DNA of 64,000 nt from Cenococcum geophilum (lineage: Eukaryota): contig CP158635.1 in the NCBI GenBank assembly GCA_050273025.1, positions 8,060,001-8,124,000 of the forward strand. Direction: 5' to 3'. The notes beneath the pieces were generated by a model. The model ran no database searches and was not told the DNA's origin. It saw only the letters and a program-made list of their open reading frames with translations. Made by a program: the position numbers and the translations under genes. Below, in pieces: positions 26,315 through 39,691 of the stretch (position 1 is its first letter; each line of letters starts with the position of its first letter).

Positions 26315-27630
26315 TAGAAGAAGGACCTTAGTAAAATAGTAATACCAATTAACGCCGCCTTTTTTAGAGTTTCGCTTAAAAGCTCTATTCTCCTTATTTA
26401 TATAAAAGCTTAGCTTTTTACCTAGCTTATTATAAAGGCCTAGTTATTATAGACTAGTAGTAAGCTTCTACGCTTCTTAAAGCTCCAGCTCTATCGCCTT
26501 ATTAATTATCTTAAGCTCTAGCTTTAACGCCTCTTTTTCTTTTACTATTTTAGGCTTCTAGATATAGCATAGGCCCTTTTAGTTATATAAAAAGCAGCCC
26601 TAAAATATAAAATTATTAGCCTTTATAAATTAAGGATAAATAGATAATTTCTTAATATACTCCATAGCTAAGCGCTAAAGCTAATATCCACCTCTCCTAT
26701 AAAGTAGGATAACGCCCGTTTTATTAATCTAGATAACGTTTTTCCAATTATTAATTATTTAATATTTATACCGGAGGGCGAATTAAAGGCGAGCTTCCTT
26801 TATCGCGGGTAAAAGGTAAGGCTTTTTAGTTAGCTTTATCTTTCTATATCTATAACGTTATAGAACTCGCTATATAGTTTAAGTTAAATAACTATATTTA
26901 GTAGCAATATAGGCGTAAGACTTCTCTCTACCGTATTAATTAGAGGTAACTTTTTTAAGGATTCGCTGCTTAAATTTGTGGGTAACTTTAAGCTTTTTAC
27001 TAGCCTAAGGAGCGTTAATAATATAGCCGTTAAGAATAAGAGGATTTATAGTAGGATTCTAGCCGCGATTAAGAGCTTTTTTAATTAAATATTAAAGAGC
27101 GTGTTGTTTAATTTAAGTAATATTTTAAATTTGCTCCAAAGTAGCTCCCATAGCCTTTATAGCTAGGGCTTGCGCCCTAGTTGCGAGCTGGTAGAAGACC
27201 ATAATTAGTATAGGGATGCTAAAGCCCTAGGGATACTGAAACTCTAGGGCTGCTTATAGGCTACTTCTATGAGATTATAAGGCTCTAGTGGCGTTGGTGT
27301 CGGTGTGATAGCGGGGTTGAAGCTGCAGAGTTATTCTGCCGGTGGGCGGTGAGCCAAACTGCCTAATTAGGAAGGTGCAATTGGCTATGTTACCGACCTC
27401 CGTACACCCTGCAGATTGCGCCCACTAGCCAAAAAAAGTCATCGAACGTGCCCTTAGCCACTATCGGGCTTTTGAGATGGCCTCGAGGGCCAAATGTGAT
27501 TCACTCTTAGATTGGCATAGCAAGAGAAAAGAATTAGTCGATGATGTACGGATGGGCGGCAGAACCCGGGCTGTACATTAGGTTAAATTTTTCAGAGAGA
27601 TGATCTATGGGGCTTTTTCCGTGGAGAAGC

Positions 27631-28425
27631 TTACAATTTTTTGGCTTGCTCTGCTCTCGCCAGTTTAATTCTGATATTGGCAGCTTTCACTTCCCCCTGT
27701 GCTACCTCCAATTGGAGACGGAGGATTCTTTCATCTGCATCGCCTTCGACTTGAAAACTCTGTTGCGGTTTAGTGACTGCATTAGCATGATCTGATTCTT
27801 GTTTCAGACCGGGAACAGTAGCAGGTTCTCGGGGTCCTATATCTGTGGTATCTGTCTTGGTGGCAGTGACGGCTGGAGGAGACACTTTAGCCAAGTTGCT
27901 CCTGGCTCTAACTGGTTCAAGAGACATGTCCTCGGGATTCTCCAAAGTTCGACGAAGCCGCTTTCTTTGGCTTCGTCGAGGCGGCTCCGAAACCTCTGAG
28001 TCCGATCGTACGGGAGAAGTGCTTCTCTCACAACTATCTTCTTGGAGCGGGACATATCTTTCACACAAGAGTTGTACCGCCCCTTGAATGTCCTGTGGCT
28101 GTAGATAACAAGCTTTACTCGAGTTTCTAGCACGCCGATTCTCAACTGCCTCCATCAGATACTTCTGCGCTAGGGCTAGACTTCCTTGTGTATTTGACGA
28201 CAGGTTACGCATGCGCTTCAGGATCCTTAGGCCCCAATTATGTGGATCTTTTTCCGGTTCCATTGAAATAGTCCCATCAGTATGCCGAGCTCGAGGACTG
28301 ATTCCTTCTGGCACCCACTCGGTCGGAGACGTGTTGTTCCAGCGAAATTCAATTCGGGCAATCGTGTTTTCGATTCGAGTTTGAGTTGAAGTCGGTTGGT
28401 CTGTGAACATTTTGCAAAGAGACAT
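27631..28425 (-). CDS. Hypothetical protein (264 aa) with a basic NLS-like segment and a C-terminal coiled coil
   Basis: Intact ORF in GC-balanced DNA without RIP damage; no family recognised. Confidence 0.6.
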   Translation of the reverse strand: MSLCKMFTDQPTSTQTRIENTIARIEFRWNNTSPTEWVPEGISPRARHTDGTISMEPEKDPHNWGLRILKRMRNLSSNTQGSLALAQKYLMEAVENRRARNSSKACYLQPQDIQGAVQLLCERYVPLQEDSCERSTSPVRSDSEVSEPPRRSQRKRLRRTLENPEDMSLEPVRARSNLAKVSPPAVTATKTDTTDIGPREPATVPGLKQESDHANAVTKPQQSFQVEGDADERILRLQLEVAQGEVKAANIRIKLARAEQAKKL

Positions 28426-29011
28426 AGTTTAAAGAATTTTCGTGAGGGAGTGGCAAGATGAGTTTATATAATGGAGTGATGGTAGGTGTTTGGCGACAAA
28501 GCTGAGAAAGGACTCAAGGGGAAATGGATGATGGATAACTGTGACGCCGTTAGGTGGGGAAACAGGTGAGGCTAACAAGGTACGGTGAATTTGGGAGGTT
28601 AGTGAAGAAAGCTTCATAAGGAATTTAGTGAAGGCTTATGGCACGTCGTAGAGATGTGAAAAGAGCATGGGTATTCTCGAGCGTTGGAGTTACCTCGAGC
28701 AGGCCGCAACTTCAGAGATAGTTTACTGAGAAATAGAATATAAAAAAGTACTGTCAATCGGAATGGAAGCCAAACCTTCGAGATTCCAGGAAGCGTCTAG
28801 TAGAAAATGGCAAATGGTGTTTCGATCATTATGGTGTGACTTGCAAGTGAAGTCTCGAGGATAGAAAGTGGAGTTGAGACCAAAGCCTAACTAAAAGCTC
28901 TCCTACTGGCCTTTGCAGAAGCCCTGGAATCTTTCTACATATTTACAAATATTATACATCCAGCTAAATCAATAGCTAAGTAATGGCATACGTAAGCGTT
29001 GAATCTCACTT

Positions 29012-30591
29012 TTACATTTTCTTCTGCTCAATTCCCCTAATTCCTAGGCCAACTCCGCGCTTCCTGGAGCCACTCACGCCTGTAGGTTGACTCTTGACTG
29101 CTTGTTGCACTAACTTAACTGCGCGACGCGGCATTGATAATCTGCTTCCTAGTATCAACACACCTGTCAAGAGCGCGAGGCTGCCTGCCTGATGTGTTGC
29201 AGCCAACCATGTAGGAACAAGATAAATGAGCGTACTTATACCAAGCGCAGCCTGCATCCACACGAGATGTACAGTACCCATGATACCCTTCCTAGCATTT
29301 GCCGGGAGGATGACACGGACGCGGGACGAGTACCGTGAGTATGCGAACAAACTCATGACTGCCGTAAAGGTGGTCATTGCCAAGATGCGGTGATCGAGTT
29401 GGACAAGGGATGGGTTCTCAAGCATGTTGCGCCACCAGAGGTCGGATTGGTCTGAAACATGGCTGTAAAATGGATCAAAGAGCTCTTTCTTGGGTGGTGT
29501 AAGGCCGACTCCCATGTATGGGAATTCATTATAGATAAGACCAGCATCAAGACCGGCGACAAGGGCACCAGACATGGCTGTGATGAAAACGAGAATAGAA
29601 AGCGCAGCCACAGAGCGACGGAAGACCTGTAAATGTGGATGTTTTAAGTCCGCAAAAAGCTTCTGAGCTGCTTCAGGGTTGGCGAGGAGTGAGTGCTCAC
29701 GTATGATTGAAAGGCCCGAGAGAAGCATAGTGGTGTAAACAATAAAGGCAGCACCAAGGTGGGTGGCGAGACGGTATTGGCTTACGCGGGGATGGCTTCC
29801 TGGGGCAAAGAGATCATCGTGTAAGCCGCTCTTGACCATCCACCAGCCAATTGCACCCTGGAACCCAATCAATCCACATACTCCAACCAGTTTCCAAGCC
29901 ATTGGCACAGAGACTCGCCGCCGAGCAATGAAGTATATAGTGGGAAGGACGAAAGTCACCCCAATTATGCGTCCCCAGAGACGGTGTCCCCATTCCATCC
30001 AGAATATTTGCTTGAACTCGGGGAGCGTCATGTTAGGGTTTAGGAGCGCAAATTCGGGTGACGATCGATATTTAGTAAACTCGGCTTCCCAGTCTTCTGT
30101 GCTCATGGGTGGGAGTGACCCGGTAACCGGACGCCATTCTGTGATGCTGAGACTTGACTGGAATTAGCGGGGGTCATGGAAATTACATATATTCATAGTT
30201 ACCCAGATTCTGTGAGCCTAGTTAATCCTCCAAATACTACTATTCCAAAGACGCTTGCTGCGCTTCCTAAAAGCCAGTATGCCACAGCCTTGTCACTAAT
30301 CTCTAGGAAAGAGTTTGACCTCGGCTTTGCACGATTCGCAGCTGATTCGACGCTAATTGTACTGCTTAAAGCCCCTAGGGGCGATGTGGTATTATCCACA
30401 GCATGCTTCGGAGCTTGGGTGGTTTGCGATCTAAAAGCTTGGAGAAAGGGAGTTCGCCGGACGCACTTAAATTGTGGGCGAAATCCAGGCGGTGGTGAGG
30501 CTTTGCCGCATGCTTGACAAGTAAAAAACTCACGGGAGAGGCGCGGGGCTGCTCCCCTCAGGGTAGGAAAAGATTTAAATATGGATGCCAT
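29012..30591 (-). CDS. COX15: Heme A synthase / cytochrome c oxidase assembly protein COX15 (509 aa; exons 30591-30203, 30152-29012)
   Basis: Motifs VVFGGLTRLTESG|LSITEWRP, EWGHRLWGR, GWWMVKSGL, VSQYRLATHL, GALVAGLDAG, QLDHR and HQAG; Arg/Ser-rich N-terminus resembling a mitochondrial presequence. Confidence 0.96.
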
Positions 30592-30783
30592 TGCTGGCCG
30601 GAAGGGTGGAGGAAGGAGAAGTCTGCTCAAGGGGACTTTAAGACTTACAGTGCATATACAATTTCGCGTTCTAGTGGTTCAACTTAAGCCTTGGCATCGC
30701 CGTGCACCTACCTAAATGTACCTACACGACCCGCTTAGGCCTTTATCACCCCAATGCGCCAACTACGCAGGCTGCCGCAGGCT

Positions 30784-33700
30784 TATAACGAAGCCTTGTA
30801 GTAGGAACTACGGTGGACTCGTTAATGGGCTAGGTATATAGGTATTACAAGTAAGTCAATAACGTAATAATAACTAGTGGAGTGGTTGCCCAACAGATTA
30901 ACTCTAATTATATTCTGAGAATTACTATAAGGAAGGAACTATCTAGGTAGGAACTAAGGGTCCTTAAATATACAACTGTACTCCTATAAAATCCTTCTTA
31001 TACATAATATACGTGTTATACATAAGGTACGTAAGTTCCCTTTGTTCCTCGCGTTCCTTATATAGCACCTTATATAACCTTAGCTACTATTCCTCGTTAT
31101 ATAGTTCTATAGGTTCTATCCTAAACTATACTTATATTAACTAACTAGCTTCTTCCGACTCCTCTCCTAGTAGTTATAATATTGTACTTAAAGCGTCTAT
31201 AACACTATCTCCCTCCTCTTTATTTTTGTCCTTAAAGATACCTAATATCTTTAAGTCGTTTACTAGAGGTATAATATCCGTTTAATTAATTTGGTTAATA
31301 TTATTACTTATAATGCCTAAAGTCTCTTCTTCTTTATACGCGCAACGTTGTGCTTATACTATTGCCGTAATATTATCTCTTAGTGAGATAATACCGTCTC
31401 CGTGTTCTTATTATTTGAAAGAGGGGCTAGTTTATATTATGCTAGCGAGTCCTTTATCTTAATAACCCTTTTTTTATTTAGAGTGTACTAAAGCAAATAT
31501 TTAATTATTTTGTAATGTTCGCTTTATTTCTAACGCTAAGTATACACGTCCTATAACTCTTAACAGTCTTTAAGTTCCCTAAGTAATATATTATAGGGTT
31601 TTATGTTTAATCCGCTACTATAAAGCTTAATAGTAACCTAGTATAGGCCCTTATAGAGCTTAAGCGTTCTTAGGATACAGAATAGAAGGCTCTAGATGCT
31701 TATATTATAGCGTTTACCTATTTACTTTATCTTAAGAAAGTACGTAAGAAGGTTTGTTTAAAGAAGTGGAAACTTATAGAATAAGGTTTATAGGAACTTA
31801 GTGATAAAAGAACGGATTCTCTTCCAATAGAAAAGGAAATAACTTTAAGTAGTTTAGCAGTCGCTCTTTCTAGGTCCCCCTTAGGTAACTTATTCTTTAG
31901 TAATTCCTCTTTATTAATATTGCCTAACTTTTTCTCTTCTAATACTCCTGTACCTTTCCTATAGCGTTCTTTAGGTTCTTTAGTAGCTCTTAGGTAGTCT
32001 TATTATAGCCTATCTACTTTACTTTATACTATATTTTATTATCTATGTCCTTATAATTAACAATCTTTAAAACTTACTATTTATCTTCCTCTTATCCTCT
32101 ATATGTGTCTGCTTTATAAACTAGTAGCTTAATATTTCTATATACTAGCTCTAGTATTATAATATACTATATAGGGTAGATCTTTATTTTAGCTAGTAAG
32201 TTTAACTTAAATATAACTAGTAAAATTTTTTATATAATTTTAAAAGGTTCTAGTCTAATGTGGTCCAACTTCTTACTTAGTTATTAACTCTTAAAATTTT
32301 TGTATAGTAGCTATACTTTATCTCCCTCCTTAAGATCTAGTCCCTTAGATCTCTTAGTATTGTAGTACTTTTTTATTCTTTGCTATACCACCTTAGCTGT
32401 TTCTATAAGGTTTGCATAAAGATTTATTAAACTCTTTATTCTTTATTTAGCTATACTACTTATCTTCTTTACTTAATGTAGTAATAATAAGGTCCTTAGC
32501 TTATATCCGTAATTCGCCTTAAATAGTAATATACCCATTTCTTCTTATAGTATTATATTATATGCAAACTATATAATTGGTAATAGCGATACCTAATTAT
32601 TCTATGTATAATTAATATAATGCCTTAGATACTATTTTAGTATCTAGTTTAATCTTTTTATTTAACCGTCTGTCTATAGATAATATACGGTAGAAGTTAC
32701 TACTTAAACTCCTTACTTTACTAAAAATACTTCCTAAAATGCTACTATAAATCTTAGATCTCTATCTAATATAATTTTACTTAGTGCTCTATGTCTTATA
32801 AATACTTCTTTAATATAAATTCTAGCGATATTTTTTACTAATATTTCTTCTAAATATGCTATAAAGTATCCCTACTTTATAAGCTTATCTATTATTACTA
32901 AGATTATATTATAATCTTATCTAGTAATAGGATCTCTTAATTTTGGCAACTTAATAATAAAGTCTTATAATATAACCTCCTATAGTCTTTCTGGTATTTT
33001 AATAGGTTATAGCTCTCTATATAGCTTATGCCTTATCGGTTTATTCCTTTAGTAATCTAGATATTCTTTTATAACTTACTTAGCTAGTCCCTAGATTCTA
33101 TTAATAATATACTTCTCTTAAAGTCTTAACACTAAGCCTATAGCTCTATTGTGTCTTTAAGTTAGTCCTTTATAAAATAACTTAATAAACTCTTTTGCAA
33201 TAGATTTTGGCATATATATTGCTTTTTGATTTTCGTACTACTTTAAGTCTAGATCCTCTATTTATGCGTCTAGGATCTTTTACGTCTAATTACTCTCTAA
33301 TAATCTATGGATTTTCTCTTCTTATATTGCTGTGATTTTTAGATAATTGTACCTAATTAATCTATCTGTGTCCCTTTATAATAAAGCCCCTAATAGCTTT
33401 TTATTATTTTATAGTTTAGCCTTTCTACTTAAAGCGTCTGCTTATGCGTTCTCTGTACCCTTAGTATGCTAAATCTTAAAATAGTATTCTATAAGCATCT
33501 CCGCCTATTTAACTTATTTATAATTAAGTTCTTTTATTATTAGGAACCCCGTTAGGTTCTTATAATCTGTTTTAACTATAAATAGTTTCTCTATACCTTA
33601 TAAGAATAACCTTTATTCCTTTAGTACTGTAACTATACCTAATAACTCTTTATTATAGATGTTATAGTTTAGTTCTAGTAGTGTTATTTTCCGACTATAG

Positions 33701-36700
33701 TATGCCACTAGGTGCTATCTATCTTTATATTTTTATAGAAAGTACGCTCCTAGTGTATAATCTAATGCATCTATTTCAACCACTGTCTCTAACTATAGTT
33801 AATAGATTTTAAGAACTAGCTCCTAGGTAAACAACTGCTTAATTTTCTTAAATAGTTCCTTTTATTCCTCTTCTTATACCTATAATTCTTCTTTCTTTGT
33901 TAATCTTATAAGTAGCTTAATATCCTTTAACCATTAAGCTATAAACCTTTTATAGTAATTACAGAACCCTAGAAATAACCTTAACTGTGTTATATTTTCC
34001 GGTTCTTACTAATTTACTATAGCCTTAATCTTTTTTAGATCTATACTAAGTTGGCCTAGTTTAATAATAAATTTAATAAAATTTATCTTCCTAGTAAAGA
34101 ACTCGTATTTCTTAATTGCTACTAGCATCTATTCTTCTTATAGTCTCTTTAAAACCTATTTAATGTGTTCCCTATATTCTTCCTTACTTATTAAGTAGAT
34201 GATAATATAATTAAGGTATACCATAACAAATTTATTTAAGTATTCCCTTAATATATTATTAATACGCTTTTAAAATGTTACTAGTGCATTTATAAGCCCG
34301 AATTATATAACTAGTAGTTTATATAGTCCTTCCTTTAACCTAAAGGCTGCCTTCCATTTGTTACCTTCCTTAATTCTAATCTAATAGTACGCCTATCTTA
34401 GATCTATCTTTATAAAGATTTGCGCGTTACTAATCCTATCTTAGATTTCGCTAATTAAGGGTAAAGGATACCTATCCTTTTTAGTAATGCTGTTTAACTG
34501 TCTATAGTTAATATATAGCCTAAGTTTTTTATTCTTCTTTAGTACGAATAGTACTGGATATCCCGCTAATAACTACAATGGTCTAATATATCCCTTTTAA
34601 AGATTTTCCTAGATAAATTCTTTTAATACTTTTCCTTTCTCTTTGGTAAGCTTATAGATTAGAAAGAACCTTAAACTTATTTCTAGTTCTAATTCTATCT
34701 TATAATTCTATGCTATATACTCTAACAGCTTCTCGCTTTTTAGTGACTATAGTTTCTTACCATACTTATAGTATCTTTTTAGTATGTAACTTAAGCTTTA
34801 CTTAGTCTCCTTATATGTCGCTCCGACCTGGTACTATACTAACTTAGCTTATTATTATATCTTATGGCGTTAAGTATTCTTAATATTAACCTATCCTATA
34901 ACCTAATTAATCTTTAGATTATATTCCTATAACTAAGGCATTCCTAATACCGCCTTATTATTCCCTAATAGTAATATATTAAAAGATATCTTAATTTATC
35001 TTCTTTTAGTAGTTATCTAAATTAGTCCTATTTTAAGATTGATAATGCCTCCTCTGTAGGCTATTAGATCTCCTAAAATTATTACTAATAGGTAAGGGTG
35101 CTTTTTTTGCCTATATAGTAGCCCTATCCTTTTTACTGCTGCTAATAAGATGTAGTTCCGTATTGCTCCACTATTTACTAACGCTTTAAACTGTTAATCT
35201 TACTAATTAACTTTTAGGTTTAGGTATTGTCCTTAAATTCCTTTAAGGGTCTAAAGCTCTACCACTAGCTCCCTCTAGTCCTATAGGCCTCTACTTTTCC
35301 TAACTATTAGCTGCTTAATCCTATTATACTTAGCTTATTCTTTAGCTAATACCTAGTTTGCTTTTTATCTTTAATATACTATAGATAGGTATTTTCTAGA
35401 CATTCCCACTATTATCGTCTATTTAAGCATTCTTCTATAAGGAATCTTCCTAGTTAAAGTATTAAATCTCCTTCCTCTTAAACTTCTACTAGATGCTAGC
35501 CGTATATATACTTAGCATTCCTATACTATTATTTATCTATTATCCAGTATATCCTTATAGGGTATTTCCAATTCTTTTCCTTTGGATTCTTGTGCATCTT
35601 ATATATGTTATCTACGTATATAATCCATAATAGCGTATAGTATGCTAGGTGCTTTGGGTTAACTCGTGGCTTGTCTTTATCCTTAAGTTTAAACCTTTAT
35701 CGTACTAATCTAAACGTTATAACTTTATTTATAGGTACTAAGACGCGCTTCTTACTTCTCTAGTCCTTTAATCATTTCTTTAGATCCTTTAATATTATAA
35801 TTAAGGCTCCTTTAATGTAAGTTATAGCCTTTTCCGTAATTAGGTGGTCTTAAATAACTTTTTCGTCTAACCATATATAGAAATCTTCCTACTCGTCATT
35901 ATGTCGCTATCTATACCACTTTTAGTATAGCTATTGGAGTATATACGGCTTATCTATAAGAAAGTATCTTCTTACTACTGCGTTATAACAGCCCTTTATA
36001 TATCGTTCTTTAAACCTAGTAGGAATCCCTAAATCCTCTTCATTTTCCAGTTCGGTAAGCCACTTGGCTCTTAATATGCCTATTCTCGGCCTATTAGTGA
36101 TCCTTTATACTAGTGCTCTGTCCTTTATACGTCCTAATATACTAGATCTTATGTCCAGTTTCTTTTCTTACTATGCGATAATTCTTGCTCTGAACTCTTC
36201 TATAGTTTCCTTTGGTTTGCGTCTTATAATTAGGTCCTTAAAGTGCTCTTACTTCTTAATCGCTATATTAACTTTTCAATCTTTAGTCTAAATATCTTAT
36301 TCCACTGGTAAGTCCTTTAGGTCTATATATCTGTCTCCTAATCTAACTGCTGTTTATATTACAGATTCTCTACTCTATAAAAAAGCCGCTTGCCTCTTAC
36401 TTATAGGTGTCTTTATTCGTACTCCGAATTCTTAATCCCTTAGATTTTTTAATCTTAAGCTTGCTTCTAACTTAAGCTTAGCTCTAGCCTTAGTCTAACT
36501 AGGCTTTACTAGTGTCCTTATCTCGTCTTAAGAATCCTAGATCTTACTTATCTCGTCTTAAAAATCTTATACCGTTAGGAACACTTGTCCCAAGCTTATT
36601 TATATATTCTTAAACTAAGCTACTACTCTACTCTATTGGTTTTCGTCCATTATAGGTCCTTAAGCATGCCTTATCTCGTCTTAAGAATCTTAAGCCTTTA

Positions 36701-38729
36701 GCCTTTTGCCTTTATTAAGTAGTAAGCTAGCACTAACAGTCGTCTGCTTGCTTAATTGTCTCTAGATATTACTCCTTCCGTCTTATAAAGCGATAGATGC
36801 CGTATCTAATAGTGTTATAATACCCGTTACTAAATCTTGCTTTATGGCGGTCTCAGTCTCTACTTCTATTACGTTATTAAGGTTTAGATACCCCTAGTTA
36901 GCTCCTTTACTATCCTTATTACTATTAATTAATAAGTACTTTAACTCCATTATTATTATTGCTAATTATTATCCGTATATTACTATAACATCTTAATCCA
37001 GCTTATAGAGTCGATCTTATTCTTTATCTAACTTTAGTTCCTTTAAGTCCTCTTAACTCTAGCTCTTATAGCTAATAGCTTGCACCATACTTGGCGTCTT
37101 TATAAATTTAGCATACGTTATTATAATAAAACGTAAAACTTTTAATTAAACATTCTTTTGTTCCTTATAGCGCACTATTATCTCTCTATACGTGTATATC
37201 ACATACTACTAGTCTAGTTCCCTTTACTACATAATAACTCTAACCACTCCTATAGTCTTTAGCGAAATAACCCTATTTTCCGCAATTTATATAAGCTCCT
37301 TCTTTAAACCATTGCTTTTATTATAGAGTTTGCTTAAACATCTTCTATTACTAAAATCCTTAGTTTAGCCTATGCTCCTTAGTCCTATAATTACTTAATC
37401 CTTAACCTTTAGGTTTCCATAGTTACTTTCTCTATCTCTTATAGGTTTCTTTAGTACCGCTTAGGTCCATTAGCTCTACGCTATACCATAGTTTCTAACT
37501 TAGCTTTAGTTATTACGTGCTCTACGTCTTATACAACTATAGAACTCTATCCTAGCCTCTCTTAGCCTGTTCCCTTTAGAAGATCCTATTATTAATCTTT
37601 ATTACTTAATCTATTAATTCCCTTAAGGTATCTACATCTTCTATTAGAATAATTGCGTCCTAGACTTTAGCCTTAAGTCCCTATTTATACTATACTATAA
37701 GCGCCTTATTGTTCCATTCGACCTATATAGCAAGTATTTAAAACTATATTATATACTTAATTGCTAAAGTTTACTATATTAGGTCCTAAAGCTTTCTCTT
37801 TACTATAGTTATTGCTTCCAGGTCCCCAAATATCTATGTTAATTATTCTATAAATCCTACCCAGCTAGAAAACACAAATCGTACCTTTTAATTAGTAGTA
37901 GTTATTCCGTTAGTCTATATTTCCGTTAAGTAGGGTTTAAACTATTTAAGTGCCCTTCCCAACAAAAATAGTCCTGCGTAGGCTATTTAATCCATTATCG
38001 TAGCTAACTTAGCCCCTTCTTATATAACTTTAAAATGCATTTACGTTAGGAATCCTTTAAGCTTTAATCTCTCTCCTAAAAATCGTTTAATTAAAGGTAA
38101 CTTAACCTTTACTGCTCCAATCCCATTAAGTCTTTCTTTAAGTATTTAGTTATTCTTATTTAACCTATTAATAATTTCCTATAACTGCCTAACTATAACT
38201 AGTTGCGAGTTAGTATCTTATATACTTATATCTCCACTTAACCTTAAAGTAATTGCTGCCATTAACGGCGTCATGGTGGCTGCTTTTAGTAGCATATTAT
38301 TTAACTTATTAAAACCATAACCGTGGTAGTAATTGTGTAACGAAGCCTTATAGTAGGAACTACGGTAGACTCGTTAATGGGCTAGGTATATAGGTATTGC
38401 AAATAAGTTAATAACGTAATAATAACTAGTAGAGTAGTTGCCTAATAAATTAACTCTAATTATATTCTAAGAATTACTATAAGGAAGGAACTATCTAGGT
38501 AGGGACTAAGGGTCCTTAAATACACAACCGTACTCCTATGAAATCCTTCTTGTACGTGAGTTCCCTTCGTTCCTCGCGTTCCTTACGTAGCACCTCATGT
38601 GACCTTAGCTACCATTCCTCGTCACATAGTTCCACGGGTTCCATCCTAGACCGTGCTTATATCAACCAACTAGCTTCTTCCGACTCCTCTCCCAGTAGTC
38701 ATAACATCGTACTTAAAGCGTCCGTAACA
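30784..38729 (-). mobile_element. Full-length Ty3/gypsy chromovirus, copy 2 (related subfamily), RIP-inactivated
   Basis: LTRs at 30784-31204 and 38336-38729 (the latter has a 27-bp deletion); TSD AGGCT; colinear with 18364-26314 apart from locally divergent segments. Confidence 0.95.
31313..31997 (+). pseudogene. Antisense accessory ORF3 of gypsy copy 2 (intron 31542-31596)
   Basis: Intact ATG at 31313 (MPKVSSS); same exon-1 length (229 nt) and intron length (55 nt) as copy 1; retains TGT for Cys1, Cys5 and Cys6. Confidence 0.75.
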
Positions 38730-39691
38730 AGGCTGCGTGTCAAAAAATTCAAATACGTCAACTACAGCCATTTGCAGCCAATTGACGAAGTTGACAGTAT
38801 TTAATTTTACTTAAGAGGTAATTTAAATTTTAGCCTGTAAACATTTTCTTAATATAATAATAGATTGTTATCCTCTATTTTTAACCTCTAGCTGCTGCTC
38901 CTTAACTTCTTTATACTTCTCTATTGGCGGGCCCTCTATATCTACCTCCTCCGGCTCCCCGCTACCTGTACTTCCTCTATTCTTAAATTAAACTTATTTA
39001 TATCTAATAGGAACTTAGGCTAGCACGTCAATTTAGGCCCAACTGTTATCAATAAGATCTAGCCAATCAATTGACCTACATTTAACGCCCGTACTCAGGA
39101 ATACGAAGCTTTTGATAGGGGCCAAACCCCATAGTATTTTTAATATATAGGCCCATTCCTTGGAGTTGGGTCGCTCAATATGAGGTTTCTAGCACATATC
39201 CTTTCTGCGAAAATTCTAGCACGATTAGAAGGCATTGCGGTGGGTATTTGATTGCTGGAATCTACATAGATGTGCGCGTTGTTTTGAAAACGTTGTTCCC
39301 GCACGGACCACTTACTCGTTGGACCCTGACGTGCTGAGGGGAACCTCTTTCTCTTCCTAGAGGGCTGGGAGCCTACGCGAGTAGTAGACGAAATAGAATC
39401 GCGAAGAGCAGCCAAAGCAGGAGCGCAATAAGAGCGGTTCTCGGAGTGCACCGTCTCCTCAGAGAGACCATGTTACATAACGAAAGAACGACACCGCATA
39501 GTAGATGTCAAAGAGAAAGAAAAGGACAGAGGGATGAGATGCAAAGTAGAGGACCGAAATTAAATTGACCAGTTTGACAAGCCAGGTGTTGAAATCCCCG
39601 CGTTTTTGGGCGGGAATACGGAGGACGGCGCCATAAGGCCGCCAAAGTTATAGGGGCCCTATCGCCTAAGCACAAGATTTTAGGCGGTCTA

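Larger units (their letters stand above)
16988..27402 (-). mobile_element. Second Tc1-family transposon (~2.5 kb net) split by a gypsy insertion
   Basis: 71-bp TIRs at 16988-17058 and 27332-27402 with flanking TA. Transposase starts at 27202 (MVFYQLATRAQALA); motifs EDKA(P)A(H), (W)PGN(S)PDLN.IE and GGN.Y lie left of the gypsy. Confidence 0.9.

Noticed and set aside
38750..39085. AT-rich segment with CAATTGAC/GTCAA motifs near both ends, possibly a small transposon
   Set aside because: No convincing TIR pair or TSD; left as an unclassified RIP-like remnant.
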